The notes under the pieces: model-generated | What the model was told of the DNA's origin: nothing | Database searches by the model: none | The model's input: the letters and a program-made list of their open reading frames with translations, nothing else | Shown: one piece after another, positions 62,483 to 64,000 of the stretch | How positions within the stretch are numbered: the first letter of the stretch is position 1 | Layout: each line of letters begins with the position of its first letter | Position numbers and translations under genes: made by a program | Assembly (NCBI GenBank): GCA_035084275.1 | Contig: CM068762.1 | Span: forward strand, 6,324,001-6,388,000 | From: Hydrolagus colliei | Taxonomy: Eukaryota | Direction of reading: 5' to 3' | Length of the DNA stretch: 64,000 nt

Positions 62483-64000
62483 ATTTCGGAAAAATAAAAA
62501 AAGTCTAAAACAAAGAAAGGAAAATATAGTCTGAAACAAAATGAAAGTAAAAGCATTCAGAGGAACTGTTTCATATATTTGGTGCCAGACTAAATTTTGA
62601 GCTCAAGTCCTGCGATGGGACTTAAATCCGCAGACCCTGACTGATGACTTCAGCAGAAGTAACTAAACTGTGAGCCAGACGGTTTGATGCATTTGATGCA
62701 TCTTTCTTTCCGTGAGTGTCTCTCACACTTTGAGTCTGTGTCTCTCTCTCTCTCTGTCTCCGTGGCAGACCGTAAGAAGCAGGAGGGAGTGACGTTTGCA
62801 ACAATTTAAAATGTACTATTTCTTCATGTTTGTTTTTCATCAATCAAGTGAAGCAAAAATGTAGGTTGTCTCTTAAAATAGCCCCAATCACACGCTCGTC
62901 ATTTTCTACAAAGCCTGTCCTGTACCTCTGCAATTTTTGGCAAACATTTGCGCAATTTTCTATTGCCACTTCCAGGAATGATGGCACAAATTTATTGGTG
63001 ATACCATCATTTGACTGTTTGACCAACAATTGACTGTATACCTTGCAATGTACTTTTGTAATGCTTGATGTTCAAAAATAATCCCAGTGCAGGTTAATTA
63101 GCTATTTCCCCCAAAAAATTACTGTACCATTTAATTAAGGTTTTACCATTTTCATCAAATCATCAGCAGTCATTGATTTGCTGATTGGTTGGTTAGTTGG
63201 GTGGGTGGGTGAGTGATCGATCGATCAAAACAGGCTGTGCAGCTTTCATTTTCCACAAAGACTTGCAGTCTATATATTAATATATTCTTCAGCAGCCAAT
63301 CATAATGTAATCGTAGAAGAAGCTATTTTATTTCCTTGTTATTACAATCATGAACTTTTTCTGCAAGTGCGCTGACTTAAACATTTTTACATGCCAAGTA
63401 AACTGTCAAACTTCAAGAGCCAACACAATTTTACTTCATCTAACATTCAGTCCTTCAAGCAAAAAAAACAACATATTTTTAAAAGGAATAAACAATCATT
63501 TATGGCTGGTACAGAACATGGTGTTATTGCAACATAACCTAATATAATGGAAACATCTGCACATATCATCCACTTCTTGGCATTTCTAGTTTTTACACTT
63601 GACTAGCTACGTGTAGTGAGCATAATGCTGCAACTGCAATTTGGAAATAAAACAAGCCATAACACATGATTTAAGAGTGTAGTTGGGAAAAGGCGACTGT
63701 AAGAGCCTCTCAGAGAGTATGGTGAGCTTCGTTTGTGGCTCAAACAGCTAGATGTAATAAATTGCCAACATCTAGCAGCGAGAGTGCTTTCACATTCATC
63801 CTCTCCGTCCAATTTCTTATGAGGTTATGCTACACCCTGTTCCCTCATATTTTTCTCCTTAATAATATTCTGTTTTGGACATGGGCCTTTCCAACAATAA
63901 TGAGTTGGGTGGCTATTCGCCAGGACAAACATTGGTGAGCAGACACGCTAGAATTTGCTAAACAGTAAATAAGCCTTGCATCCAATATAGTGTATTTCAC

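Overview
Vertebrate genomic DNA, most likely a cartilaginous fish (holocephalan-like; inferred from the repeat complement). The only protein-coding gene I can support is a 5' part of neuron navigator 1 (NAV1) on the minus strand. Three exons (35643-34932, 23881-23779, 16564-16178) splice in frame at canonical GT-AG sites, and the gene continues beyond the left edge. The rest is intronic or upstream sequence dense in transposable elements: CR1, L2 and RTE LINE fragments, an abundant tRNA-derived SINE with an L2-type tail, older Deu-domain SINEs, several non-autonomous DNA transposons (Tigger-like, hAT-like and two CCCTT...AAGGG elements) and microsatellites. I found no evidence of a wholly new multi-gene system. 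The best leads are a candidate internal promoter and first exon for a short NAV1 isoform (~1.0-1.3 kb), a diverged direct repeat bracketing NAV1 exon 2, an unclassified 1.35-kb TIR element with a 3-bp TSD, a degenerate Penelope-type hammerhead ribozyme motif, and SINE subfamilies with modular or chimeric structure. All alignments were done by eye, TE boundaries are approximate, and family names come from recalled consensus motifs, not database searches.
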